A stretch of 63,585 nucleotides of DNA, from the IMG/VR virus record IMGVR_UViG_3300033997_000235, positions 1 through 63,585 of that record. One strand, given 5' to 3'. A program made the position numbers and the translations under genes. Shown here one piece after another: positions 1 through 10,700 of this stretch; within the stretch, counting starts at the first letter, position 1, and each line of letters starts with the position of its first letter. The notes beneath the pieces were generated by a model. That model had not been told where the DNA came from, searched no databases, and was given only the letters and a program-made list of their open reading frames with translations. Source of the DNA: a virus.

Positions 1-20
1 GAGTCTCCCCCGGGGCACCA
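1..20 (+). tRNA. 3'-terminal fragment of a tRNA gene; the 5' part lies upstream of the window and the isotype cannot be determined
   Basis: GAGT (rest of a TTCGAGT-type T-loop), CTCCC (T-stem), CCGGGGC (acceptor), A (discriminator), CCA. Confidence 0.55.
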
Positions 21-63
21 CGATAAAGATTCTGAGATGTTCACCGAACACCAGAAACCCAGG

Positions 64-93
64 AAAGCCGGCTATCTCAGCCGGCTTTTTTGT
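64..93 (+). terminator. Rho-independent terminator downstream of the tRNA end (a second copy lies inside attR at about 63522-63551)
   Basis: AGCCGGCT-ATCTC-AGCCGGCT stem-loop followed by a T-run. Confidence 0.75.
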
Positions 94-127
94 TTCTGGA
101 GATCGCCAAAGGTTCAGTGAAGTTCTT

Positions 128-179
128 GTATCCCTGTATCCCCATATGTATCCTCGTTTTCCCGCGAACTTTGGGATAC
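128..179 (+). promoter_or_regulatory. Cluster of GTATCC(C) repeats between the att core and int: candidate integrase arm-type sites and int promoter region
   Basis: GTATCCC at 128-134 and 136-142, GTATCC at 148-153, inverted GGGATAC at 173-179. The same word recurs twice next to attR (63396-63414). Confidence 0.5.
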
Positions 180-186
180 AAAACAG

Positions 187-1422
187 GTGAAGCGCACCGC
201 CATCAAGCGCCGGCCACTGGCTGAAACCGTCCTGGCCACCCTGGAGCCGGAAGCGAAAGAATATCGTGAGCTCGACGGCAACGGTCTGTATTTCCGTGTG
301 AAGCCGGACGGCGGAAAGTCTTGGCAACTGCGCTATAAGAACGCCTCCGGCAAGTGGTCATGGCTCGGCCTTGGCTCATACCCTGAAGTAGGCGGCGCCC
401 TGGCGCGCAAGAAGGCCGGAGAGCACCAGGCGAACATCAGCAACGGCATAGACCCGCTGGAGCACAAACGCAGCGAGAAAGCCCGCCAGGAAGCCGCGGC
501 GTCGCGCACGTTCCGAGTAGCAGCCGAAGACTGGTATGTCGCTCAGGTCAAGAAAGGCCTGGAGCAAAGCACCCTCGACAAGGTGCGCACCTACCTCGAT
601 AAGGACATTCTGCCGGCACTAGGCGCCAAGCAACTCGACGATATCACCCGCACTGATTGTGCTGCCGTGCAGGCAATGTTCGAGGCTCGCAACGCGCATA
701 ACGTCGCCAAGAAGGCGCGGGGCTGGATCAACCAGATATTCGGCCGGGCCATTGCCAAGGGCCTGACTGAGAACGACCCGGCCAGCCGTCTGGCAGCGAT
801 CGCCGCACCGCCACCCGCCACAAAGCAGCAGCCGCATCTGCTCGAGCATGAACTTCCCGACTTCCTGCACGCCCTGCAGGCCAGCACCAGCCGGCTGCCG
901 GCGCGCACCGCTGCATGGCTTTGCCTGTGGCTAGCTGTGCGCCCTGGCATGCTGCGCTTTGCTGAATGGTCCGAGTTCGATCTGAAAGCCGGCACGTGGT
1001 CAGTGTCGGCTGACAAGATGAAAATGGACCGGGACTATATGACCCCTCTCCCTCGCCAAGCTATTGCTGCCCTGCAGGATCTGCAGAGGGTCACCGGCCG
1101 GAATCGCTGGCTGTTCCCCGGAGTTGGTCCTAAGAACCCGACCATCAGCGAGAACACCATCTGCCAGGTCTATGCAAAGGTCGGCTACAAAGGCCGCCTG
1201 GTTGGCCACGGCACACGCCACACCGCCAGCACCCTGCTGAACGAACACGACTGGCCAAAGAAACATATCGACGCCCAACTCGCGCACAAGGTCGAAGGCG
1301 TCGCCGGCGTCTATAACAAGGCCCAGTACCTTGAGCAACGCCGGGTGATGATGCAGTGGTATGTCGACTATCTTGATGCTCTGGCAGCCGGTACCGCCAA
1401 GCAGCTCAGCCGGAGGCCCTGA
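187..1422 (+). CDS. int: Tyrosine integrase, P4/IntS-like with N-terminal arm-binding domain
   Basis: GTG start, 411 aa. N-terminal GLYFRVKPDGGKSWQLRY...LGSYPEV signature. C-terminal HGTRHTASTLL and GVYNKAQY catalytic-type motifs. Adjacent to the tRNA-end att repeat. Confidence 0.9.
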   Translation: MKRTAIKRRPLAETVLATLEPEAKEYRELDGNGLYFRVKPDGGKSWQLRYKNASGKWSWLGLGSYPEVGGALARKKAGEHQANISNGIDPLEHKRSEKARQEAAASRTFRVAAEDWYVAQVKKGLEQSTLDKVRTYLDKDILPALGAKQLDDITRTDCAAVQAMFEARNAHNVAKKARGWINQIFGRAIAKGLTENDPASRLAAIAAPPPATKQQPHLLEHELPDFLHALQASTSRLPARTAAWLCLWLAVRPGMLRFAEWSEFDLKAGTWSVSADKMKMDRDYMTPLPRQAIAALQDLQRVTGRNRWLFPGVGPKNPTISENTICQVYAKVGYKGRLVGHGTRHTASTLLNEHDWPKKHIDAQLAHKVEGVAGVYNKAQYLEQRRVMMQWYVDYLDALAAGTAKQLSRRP

Positions 1423-1485
1423 GCAGGCCCTTGCCATGCCCCGCCAGCGCACCGAAACTGGACTGAGGTTTTTGGGAGACACCCC

Positions 1486-1701
1486 ATGCTTCAAGTCTGG
1501 ATCGGCGCCATCCTGCTGGTGCTCGGCATGTTCATGCTGCTGGCAAATCCTGTTGCCGGCGGCGTGCTGATCGGCATTGGCTATCTGCTTTACAAAAACA
1601 CCAGCAAGGCCACACGCGCCGCGGCAGAGTCCACGTTCTGGGGCATCTGCCTGCTGTGTGGCGCGATCGTCGGCGCAGTGGCCTTCATTGGCCTGGTCTG
1701 A
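1486..1701 (+). CDS. Small integral membrane protein (71 aa, 2-3 hydrophobic helices), function unknown
   Basis: GGGAGA RBS 5 nt upstream of the ATG. Almost entirely hydrophobic sequence. Sits next to int, a classic moron or exclusion position. Confidence 0.6.
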   Translation: MLQVWIGAILLVLGMFMLLANPVAGGVLIGIGYLLYKNTSKATRAAAESTFWGICLLCGAIVGAVAFIGLV

Positions 1702-4700
1702 TCAGAAATCCCCACCCGCCAGCTTCACGATCCTTTCCGCAATCTGATTCGACTGCCGCTGCAGCGCATCCAGGCGCTGCCGCTTCTGCTCTGGCGTCAT
1801 GCGGGTGTCGCGATACACAGCATCCATCTGATTGCGCACGTTGCCCAGTTGCTTGCGGGCGAAGCCCAACGCCGGCCGGTGGCGCAGTTTCTCGCGGTTC
1901 GCCGCCATCAGTTGCTCGGCCGCGTCGACGCGCCCCTCTTCCCGGTATGACTTGATGGTGCGGTGCAGTTGGTCGGCCTCGCGCATCATGTCGTAGAACT
2001 CAGACTGGTACTTGGTGCTGCGCGGCGAATCGCCCTGGTAGATCACTTTCAGTATAGGGATATCGCCGCTACGGCTGGCCGGGCGCTCTGCGTCGCTCAG
2101 GCTGTTGGCCACCAGGCTCGACATATCCAGCACGTACTGGCCGAGTGTGCCGGTGTAGGCTGCGATCAGGTGGTCGACCTGCTTGGGCGAGAGCCCGGCG
2201 ATCGGCCCGGTCACCTGGCCCAGCGCGCGACCGATGGCGCTGGTGCGCTCGTCGTAGCGCGCTTCAGGCAGTTTCCCCTCGTCGCTCATATCCTCGATCG
2301 GCGAGTCGCGGAAGAAGTTGCGGTTGGCCTGCAGCTCGCGAATCGGCTGGTAGAACTGCGGTACCGGGTTAAAGGCCAGGGTGTCGAAGACGCCACGCGA
2401 TACCGCCTTGGCCAGGTCGCCGCCGTCCTGGGTACCGGTGAGTGCATGCAGGATGCGCTCGGGCACTGTACCGAAGATCAGGCCCAACTCGAACGGCTTG
2501 GGAATGCGGAAGTGCTCGTCGCCCAGAAAGATATGCCAGTGCATGTCTTTGTCCCAATCCATCAGCGCCTGGTACCGCTCGTCATCATCGTTCAGGCCAG
2601 CCAGCATCAGCGAGAAGAGCGCGATATACCCGCCTTTCATGGCCACTTCCTTGGCCAGCAGGGTCTTGTCGCCCTTCACCGCCCGGCCGAGCTTGTACAG
2701 GCCCTGCAGGCGCGCATTCAGGAACGGCACCACGTCGGTGAACCACTGCGCCGCGGCGAAGTTGCCACGCAGGCTGTAGTCCATCAGATCCTTCGCCTCG
2801 AAGCTGGCCTGGCGGCGTGACTTGCCGGCGGCGATCGCGGCTTTATAGGTGCTCAGCCGGTTGGCGTTCTCGACCTTGTCGCCCAGTTCCCGGTACTTCT
2901 GCCAGCCCTTGCCGATCATGGCAGCGGCCTTGGCGGGAGTGTTCACCAAGCTACCCAGGTATGCGTCCTGCTGCGTGCGGGTGAAACCCTTCTTCTCCAG
3001 CGCGCGGCGGATGATCTGCGCCGAGGCCTCTGGGTCAGCCCCGTGCACGTAGCCACCTTGGAAACTGCCGCCGGCAAACATCAGGTCACGGTAATCCTGA
3101 TCCTCGCGCAGGGCGTCGCGCATACCCTTGAGCGAGTCCTTGCCCAGCGTGAAGCCGTCTTTGTTGATCACCCAGGCATGCGCAGCGTCACGGATGAAGT
3201 TGCGCAGGATGAAGTCAGGCGACGCGGTAACGCCCGTGGTGAGGATCCGCTTGAAGGTTCGGCCGATCTTGGTGATCGGGTCATTGAACACGCTGCCTTC
3301 CATGAACTTCAGGCCGCGCAGCAGGCTCTCGTCGTTCACACGGTAGTACTCGCTCTTGCCGTCACGCTGCACCCGCACGATATCATGGTCAGTCGGTGCA
3401 ACGCGGGTCCACAGCTTCTCGAAGCCCTCGCTTTCAGGCTTCATCAGCTGGTTTAACACTTTGATGACGTTGGAGCCGGCCGGCAGGTCCAGCAGATCGG
3501 CGGCCAGCGCCAGGGCCTTGCGATCCTTGCGGATCTGCTGGGCGATCTGGTCGCGGCTGATCAGCACTTGCTGCCAGCGCGGGCTCTCGTCGGTCAGATA
3601 GTCACTGCCCTGCAGGTTATCCACCACCTCCAGCAGTGCCTTGTTCTTCATCGCCGCGTCGATGCGCTTGGTCCAGCCGGCCAGCATGTTGGCCAGCAGG
3701 TCGTTGGTCGGCAGCGTGCCGCCCTTCAGCGCCTTGATTGCCGCGGTCTGGTGAGATAGACCGCGCTTGCTACGCGGTGCAGTGAAGATGCCTTCGCTTT
3801 CGTCCTGGCGGTAGAACGGCACGTAGTAATCCGTCAGCCACTTCGCCCGGGCGTCCTGATCGATCAGGCCGGCTTCTTGTGCCAGGTCGAGAACAGCATC
3901 GTTCACTTGGGCATATTCGCGATACACCTTCTCGAAGAGCTCTTCCTTGCCCTGCCCCATGGCCACCAGTTCGGCAATCTCGGTATCGGTCAGGTTGTTC
4001 TCGCGCCCCTGAGCCTTGAGCAACTGGGCGCGCTTGCCGCCCAACCATGCGAGCCAAGGCGTCAGGTTGTCCGCGCCGAGGTCGCCCAGGATCTCCAGCA
4101 CGCCGCGGGTACCGGCCTTGCCGGACACGATACCGTCGCGCCATTCCGGCGCCGCGTAGTGCAGCACACCATGCATCACGTCGGCGATGCCACTGGCCAT
4201 GCGAGCCGACACATAGCCCTGCTGGTTAACGTCCGTGACGCCCACCGCCTCTTCGGCACGCCGGATGCCGGCCAGGCCATCGAAGATTCCTTCCTCGCTG
4301 CGCACAGACCAGTCTTTCAGCTTCGCCTGCAGGCTACCCAGTGTCAGGTTGCGCACCTGATCCAGCAGGTTCTGTGCCTCACTGCCAGCCAGCCCCAGCT
4401 TGCGCAGCGCCTCGGTATCACGCTGGCTGGCACGGGAATAGCGAATGTCCGGGTCGATCTCGTCGAATGCCCCAGTATTGTTCGTTGCCGACTTCACCTG
4501 GCTGTTGTAGAAGGCGACCCAGGTACCGGTATCGCCCAACTGAATACCGTCATACCCTTCGCGCTCGAGCTTCTGCCGCATCTCGATGGCAGCCTGCGGC
4601 GTATCGATCGCCTGCGAGTCGGCAACGCTCATGCGGTAAGGGTTCTTGATCGACGCGAACAGCGGCATCACCGAGGCGCTACCGGGAGAACCACCGGACA

Positions 4701-7700
4701 CGTTCTCAGCGTGACCACGGGCATGCTGCTGGTCAGCAGTCAGGAAAATGCCCAGCGGGGCGATGCTATGCCCAGTGGACTCGCCTGCCCGCGCCTGATC
4801 GAACACCGAGAACTCGTTCGGCGAACCATGATAGACAACGAGCGGTTCGCCATTACCGTCTGTCAGTTTGGACACATCGCCCGGGTTGACGCGCTCCAGC
4901 GGTCGGCGTACAAAGTCGGTGACCCCGGTATGGGCCGATGTGGCGCGTTCCCCAGCAATGGGGGTATCCCGCGGAGATACTGCCGGGGTTTCTTCCCTCC
5001 CCTCCCTGATCTCTGGATCTACAAGCATCGCGTTATAGAACTGCGCGCTGCCATCCTTCAGCCTCTGCACAGTAAAAATTGCAACAAGCTCAGTGTCGGC
5101 AACACTAACTTTGGCCAGCAGTTTCTCAAACGCGGCAACGTTCGGTTCTGCAGATGGATCCTTGGGCGCCCTTGACGACGAATAGACCGCTCGCTTGAAA
5201 GCGCTTCGCAGGTCTTCGGCCATCAGCAATTTCGCGGGATCAGCACCTTCACTTATAAACTTGTTGACGCCTTTGTTTCGGCTGATGCTCACCTCGCCGA
5301 TATCGTCATTCATCAACGGAACACGACTTTTAACGATGGCGTCCAGCGCCTGCTTCGCCTTTGCGCGCAGTTCCTTGATGCTCAGATTGCGCCAGCCATC
5401 GGGAACCCTGATCCTGACCGGCGACAGATTCGCCAGGCGAGCTTCCGCAGCCACAGCCTGCCAGTCACCGAACCAGCGCTTGAAGTTCTCGCCGCGGGCC
5501 TGATGCCACTGCTTCTGCGTCAGTTTCGACGGCTTCCCGTTTGGCGCCAGCAGGCGACCTTGCTCGTCGACGATCTCAGCGCCCATGCCTGAGCGTCCAT
5601 CACGCGAGAACGCCTCCCGAGTACCAGCACGGCGCCGGCCGTTCTCGATATAGGCCCGGGCATTGGCCAGCAGCCCCTGAATATCACCCTCGGTCCAACG
5701 CATGTTGAAGCCGATCGAGCGCAGCGCGTTGCGCATGGCGGTCACCAGGCGCGGCCAGAACGCTTGCTGCTGGATGCTGCCGGTACCAGCCATATCAGCC
5801 AGCACTTCCTCCATGGCCACGGCCGGCTTGTAATTGAACCGGCGCACCAAGGCGTCAGCCTGCGACTTCATGTCGGCATTGCCGTTGTAGATGCTCATGA
5901 GCAGCGGCGTCAGGCGCTGGCCATAGGCGCCCTGCAGGCCGGCGTGACCCAGCACCTCATGCTGCAGCACGAACGCCGCATGCCGGGCGTCGCGCAGATT
6001 GTCGGCAACCAGATACACCTGGCCATCGGCGAAGATGCCTTCGACGTCGAAAGCACCATCGCGCTCGACCTGGCGGCGCTGACGGTCTGGCAGATCCTTG
6101 ATCGACTGCACCACCTTCACATCCGGCGCGTTCTGCCAGGCGCCAGTCAGCACCTTCATAGCAATGCGCAGTTGGCCAGCACGGGCGCCCTGGCCTTGTT
6201 CTGGAGCACGGCGGTAGCTGTTGCGCGAGTACATGACCACCGCACCGTCATCATCAACGCGGGTTTGTACGGTGGAAAACAGCTTGTCGAACGCATCACT
6301 GACCGGCCCCTGCTCGTCAGGGGTCAGATACGGGTACCGATCAGCAGAACGGACAAACTGTTCCAGAGTGCGGACATTCGCCAGGTAGTCGTTGCGATAC
6401 CCCTGGTCGGCCAGCTTGGCAATCACATAGGTTTCAAATGCCCGGGCGCCGCGCTCGATAATCTGCGACCAGTATGCATCCGGCGACTTGTCCAGATTGG
6501 CAGACCTGCGCGCCATGGGCGACTGATCCAGCACGTCGACCAGTTCAGCGAAAGCACGCTCTACCTCTGGCCGCACACCAGTAGGATGACGTGGATCGAC
6601 CTGCCAGTTATCCGGATTGAAGTACTCGGCATCTGGGTTTTGCTCGCGGTAGCGCTGCAGTTTGGCCAGGGACATAGGCGAACTACGTTGCGTCTTGTGG
6701 ACGTACAGCGGTTCCGGTCGGTAGGTAATGAAGTTGTTATTGCGGTACGCCTGCTGGGCATTGACGCCCCGCTCCATCGGCACCTCACCGCCACGCTGGC
6801 GAGCAAAGTAGTTATCAAGCGCATGGAACCATTCATGCGCAAGCGATCCAGCGCCTCGCGTCTTGGTCATATTGATGACGATATTGCTCGGCTCGAAATG
6901 CGCACTGGCACGGCCACGACCACGCGAACCGAAGCCGATACCGAGACGCCCGCCAAGGCTCAATGCCTTTGGCGGCACACCTACCACCTCAGCCAGATCC
7001 ATGAACGAATCGTAGGCCTGATTCAGCAGCCCCTGCCGATCAGCACCACCAGCGCCCTGCGAAACCCAGTTGCCGAACTCGACGCCACGGAAGCCGAACA
7101 CTTCAAGGAACTGCTCAGGCGTGATATCGGCGCCGTTCCGGTAATTGCGCCCGGTACGCTCGTCGTTGGTATCGCGGCGCATGTCGGCCTTGGTGACGTT
7201 GTCGCGGTTCTTTACGGCATCCCAAGCAGTGACCAACTCACCGTGCTGGTCTGCCAGGAAAGCGCGCGCAGCCTTAGCATCGCCGAAGGTCTTCAGTCGA
7301 CGCATCTCTTTGTCCCCGTCCTTGGCAATGAACACCTCGCCAGAACTGCGATCGGTGTAGATGGAGAACTTCATGCGCGACTCTGGAGCCGAGCCCAGAT
7401 TGATCGCAGAGCGGATATCGGAGAGAGCGTCGGCGACATTCTTCTTTCCGAAGAAGTGCTTCCTGCTGCCGTCGATCTCTACCTCGACCCACGAACCGGG
7501 CACCATGGTGCCGCCATCGTTGTACTTGCCGCTGGCGACGCCTACTCGGCCGATACGCCCCCACTGGCCACGGTCAATCCCCATCAGCAATTCGATCTTG
7601 TCGGCGATCGGACGCAAGCCAGGGCTGAATTCGCGCATCTTCGGCACAGTTGCATCAGCACCAATGTCTGCAAGGTTCTTCAGAATCTCGCGCGCTGCCT

Positions 7701-10700
7701 TCACCTTGTCGACCCAGACGCGCACCTTGTACGGGACGCGAGGCTTGGCAGGAATAATGTCCCGCACAACCTGATATGACGCGGCGTGAAACTGATCCTT
7801 GATGCGGTTGATCTCGTCCTTCGGCCAAAGCTGGCTCAGGGTGCTGTTGGCGATAGCAGCATCATCCATGCTATCCAGGCGCTCGCGCACCCCGCGCAGT
7901 TCGTCCTTCCTGGCACCGCCAAGCTTCTCGCCGGCGTCTTCTATGACTTTAGGCTGACTGCTTGCCGCAGGCGCCTGAACTGGAGAGGCCTGCGCCTCGC
8001 TCTCGGCACCGTACTCTTCCCGCAGCGCCTCCCAGGCCTGGCGGTTCACGCCCTCCGGGCTGTCGCTGTTCAGTTCGTTGTACTGCTCGAAGGTGATGCC
8101 GGCCGAGGCGCGGTCTACGTCAGCCTCGTATTGATCCTGCAGGCGCCGAATGGCCTGGTCGTAGCCTGGCGACCCTTTCTTGATGCCGGCGGCCTTGGCC
8201 TGGCGTTCTATATAGCGCTTGCGCGGGGTCGCCAGGATCTCGGGCAGATCCTGCGCCTGGTCATTCGCTTGAGCGGGTACCGCCTCTTCACTGGCCGCTG
8301 GTTGATCAGCAGCAGGCTGCTCGCTCAGTGCACGCTGTCCGTAGGCGGCCGGTGATGCGTTCTCGCTGGCTGCTGGCTTGACCTGCTCGATTTTATTCTG
8401 TATCGGGCGCACAACATAGCTGGCAATATCGACAGGCTCAGAAACCATTTCACCAAACTCACGGCGTGCATCTTCCTCGCCAAGTTGGCGGAAACCAGTC
8501 CGAACAATCTCAACGTCATCAGAGCGCAGCAATACTTCAGACTCTGCAGCATTACCCTCGTATATAGGAACAATGCCAACTCCTGGCTCCACGTTGATCT
8601 CTTGCAGTTCAAACTGGCCGCTGCTGAAGCCGCCAAAGGAAATTGCGTGCTTTCGGTCGGTAGTTGTCGGGATAAGCGGGCGCTCTGCAAAGCGGGTTGC
8701 GCGCTCATTCAGGGCATCAGTATTGCTGTTAGACTGGCGGCCATTTGCGCGATACAGGGTAATCGCATTCTTGGTGCGGTTGGAGTCGGCCGCGCCCATC
8801 AGCGTAGCGGATAGGCCGGCAGGCATATCAAATGCCTCCCTGCCTTTCGCGTCGTTGTAGTCGCGAACGGCTGCGCGCTGCTCTTCACTCAAAAAAACGG
8901 ACTTTGCTAGATCCTCAAACGAAATATCCGGCCGTTCAGCCAAAACGGGCTCTCGCGCCACGTTATCTGCCGCATCTGGCACAGCAGGCGTATCGCCTGC
9001 GGCTCGGTCATTAACAGGCCCTGGCCGACTATCAGCACCCTGCACCTCCTGAGACGCCTGATCAGTGAACGAACTGGGGAACTCACGCGCCAGCGGCAGC
9101 AGCTCGGCCATCGGCGCATTGAGGCGGATAACCTTCACATCGCCGCCGGCCTCGCGTTGCGCCAGCCATTGGTGATGGCCATCGAGAACATAGCCATCGC
9201 CGGACACCAGAATGGAGCGCTCGGTACCTTCCCGTGCAGCGGCACGCCCTACCCGCTCCGGGCTGAACTCAGCTTGGGTCGGGCGCAGGCTGCGAGCAGG
9301 CACGGTCTGCTCTTCATGAGTGACGCCGCGGGCGTTCATGAAATTAACCATGGCCCCGCGATGGTCAGCGCGAATCTGCGGCATGTCCGCGCGCGGCACG
9401 CCAAGGCTGCCGGACTGTTGGTTGAATCCGACCCAGCCACTACCGAGATCGTCACCCTGCAGGTCACGCGCGAAAGTCACGCTGCTGTCACGGCCATTGT
9501 CACGTGACATGTCCGTGACAGGTCGCCGTCCTACCGGCGCTTGCCGTTCCATGCCAGGCCCACCAATAGGCCGCACCTGCGCACCAGGCTCAACGAAAGG
9601 CGCAGTCGCACCGCGCTGCGCATTACCCTGGCTGTCCACCACCATGGTGCTAGGCGCCGGCAGGCCGAGCGGCGCAGGCGGTGGCACCGGCTCACGCGGC
9701 ACAGCAACCGCCCATCCGCCCTCATGCGGGACGATGATCGGGCTTTCACCCTCGCGCTGCAGTTGGTTGAACAGGCCAAGTAGGCGCACGTCTCGTTCAC
9801 CACGGAATGGGCGCCCGTTCTTCTGCACGCGGATTTCGAAGTTTGGATCGCCGGCCACGGGTGTGGGCTGCACCTGCTCGACCGACATAGGCCCAGTGTC
9901 CGACTCGACCGTCGGCAGCGGAAGCGGCTGCTCGATCTGCTCCACCTGTTGCGGGCCAGTGTCCGACTCAACAGTGGCCAGCGGCGGCTGCTCCGGCAGT
10001 TCGTCGACCTGCGGCACCAGTTCATCCAGGCCGCGAGCGTCCTGCGGGTCGAAACCCTGCTGCGCCCAGGTGTCGAGTTGCCGCCGTGCAGCGGCAAGGG
10101 CCTCTGCCTCTGGCACCTCCACCATCGTCTGCAGGTCTTGGTCATAGCGGAAGAATCGCAGATTGCCGTTCTCGTCCAGATCGGCCGGGAACAGCTCCTG
10201 AGCAATCGCCAGTTGCTGGCTGATCGGCTCGTATCGGCCACCAGGCTGGGTGTCAGGCGCACCACTGAGCATCGACTGACGCACGGCATCCTGCACCGGG
10301 GTCTGGCTTCCAGTGGGAGCGCCGTCGACGGCAGTGGCAGCAGCGGCAGACAGCGGGCCAGCAGCAGGGTCCAGCCCCATCTGCTCAGACGGGCGGCGTG
10401 CAACGTTGACCGCGCCGCCAATCGCAGAGCCCGCCAGCGTGCCTTCCACTGCAGCGCGCGGCACACCCTCCATCAGCGGCTTCTGCTCGGCCCAGTTCTG
10501 CAGCATCTGCTCTTGAACGGACTGCGGCAGCTCTTCCAGCACGCCCTCGGTCAGCGCGCCGCCGGCAACACGCCGAGCAAGACCGGGCGTTTGGCCAGCC
10601 ACCTGGCCGACACCACCAGCCAGCGCACTCTCGACGTCGATCAAGCCCATGCGCTGCGCAAGCCGCGCACCGAAGCCGCTCAACGCAGCGCCAGCCACAC

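Larger units (their letters stand above)
1..127 (+). repeat. attL: left copy of a 127-bp perfect direct repeat bounding the prophage
   Basis: nt 1-127 read identically to 63459-63585. The repeat opens inside a tRNA-like 3' end and carries its terminator. The integrase gene begins 60 nt further in. Confidence 0.9.

Noticed and set aside
1-127. Terminal repeats as insertion-sequence or transposon ends
   Set aside because: The repeats are direct, not inverted. They begin with a tRNA 3' end and enclose a full phage genome with a tyrosine integrase next to one copy. That marks them as attL and attR of site-specific integration. No transposase gene was seen.
5764-7779. Long antisense ORFs opposite well-supported genes: 5764..7779(+), 3877..5175(+), 9949..11187(+), 27484..29568(+), 32078..34501(+), 34495..35832(+), 29746..30906(+), 49197..50207(-), 54617..55576(-), 57027..58697(-), 59747..60754(-), 60597..61331(-)
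   Set aside because: These are typical shadow frames of GC-rich DNA. Their translations are Arg/Ala/Gly/His/Leu-rich and low-complexity. They have no RBS and no recognisable motifs. Each lies fully opposite a gene with clear family signatures or operon coupling.
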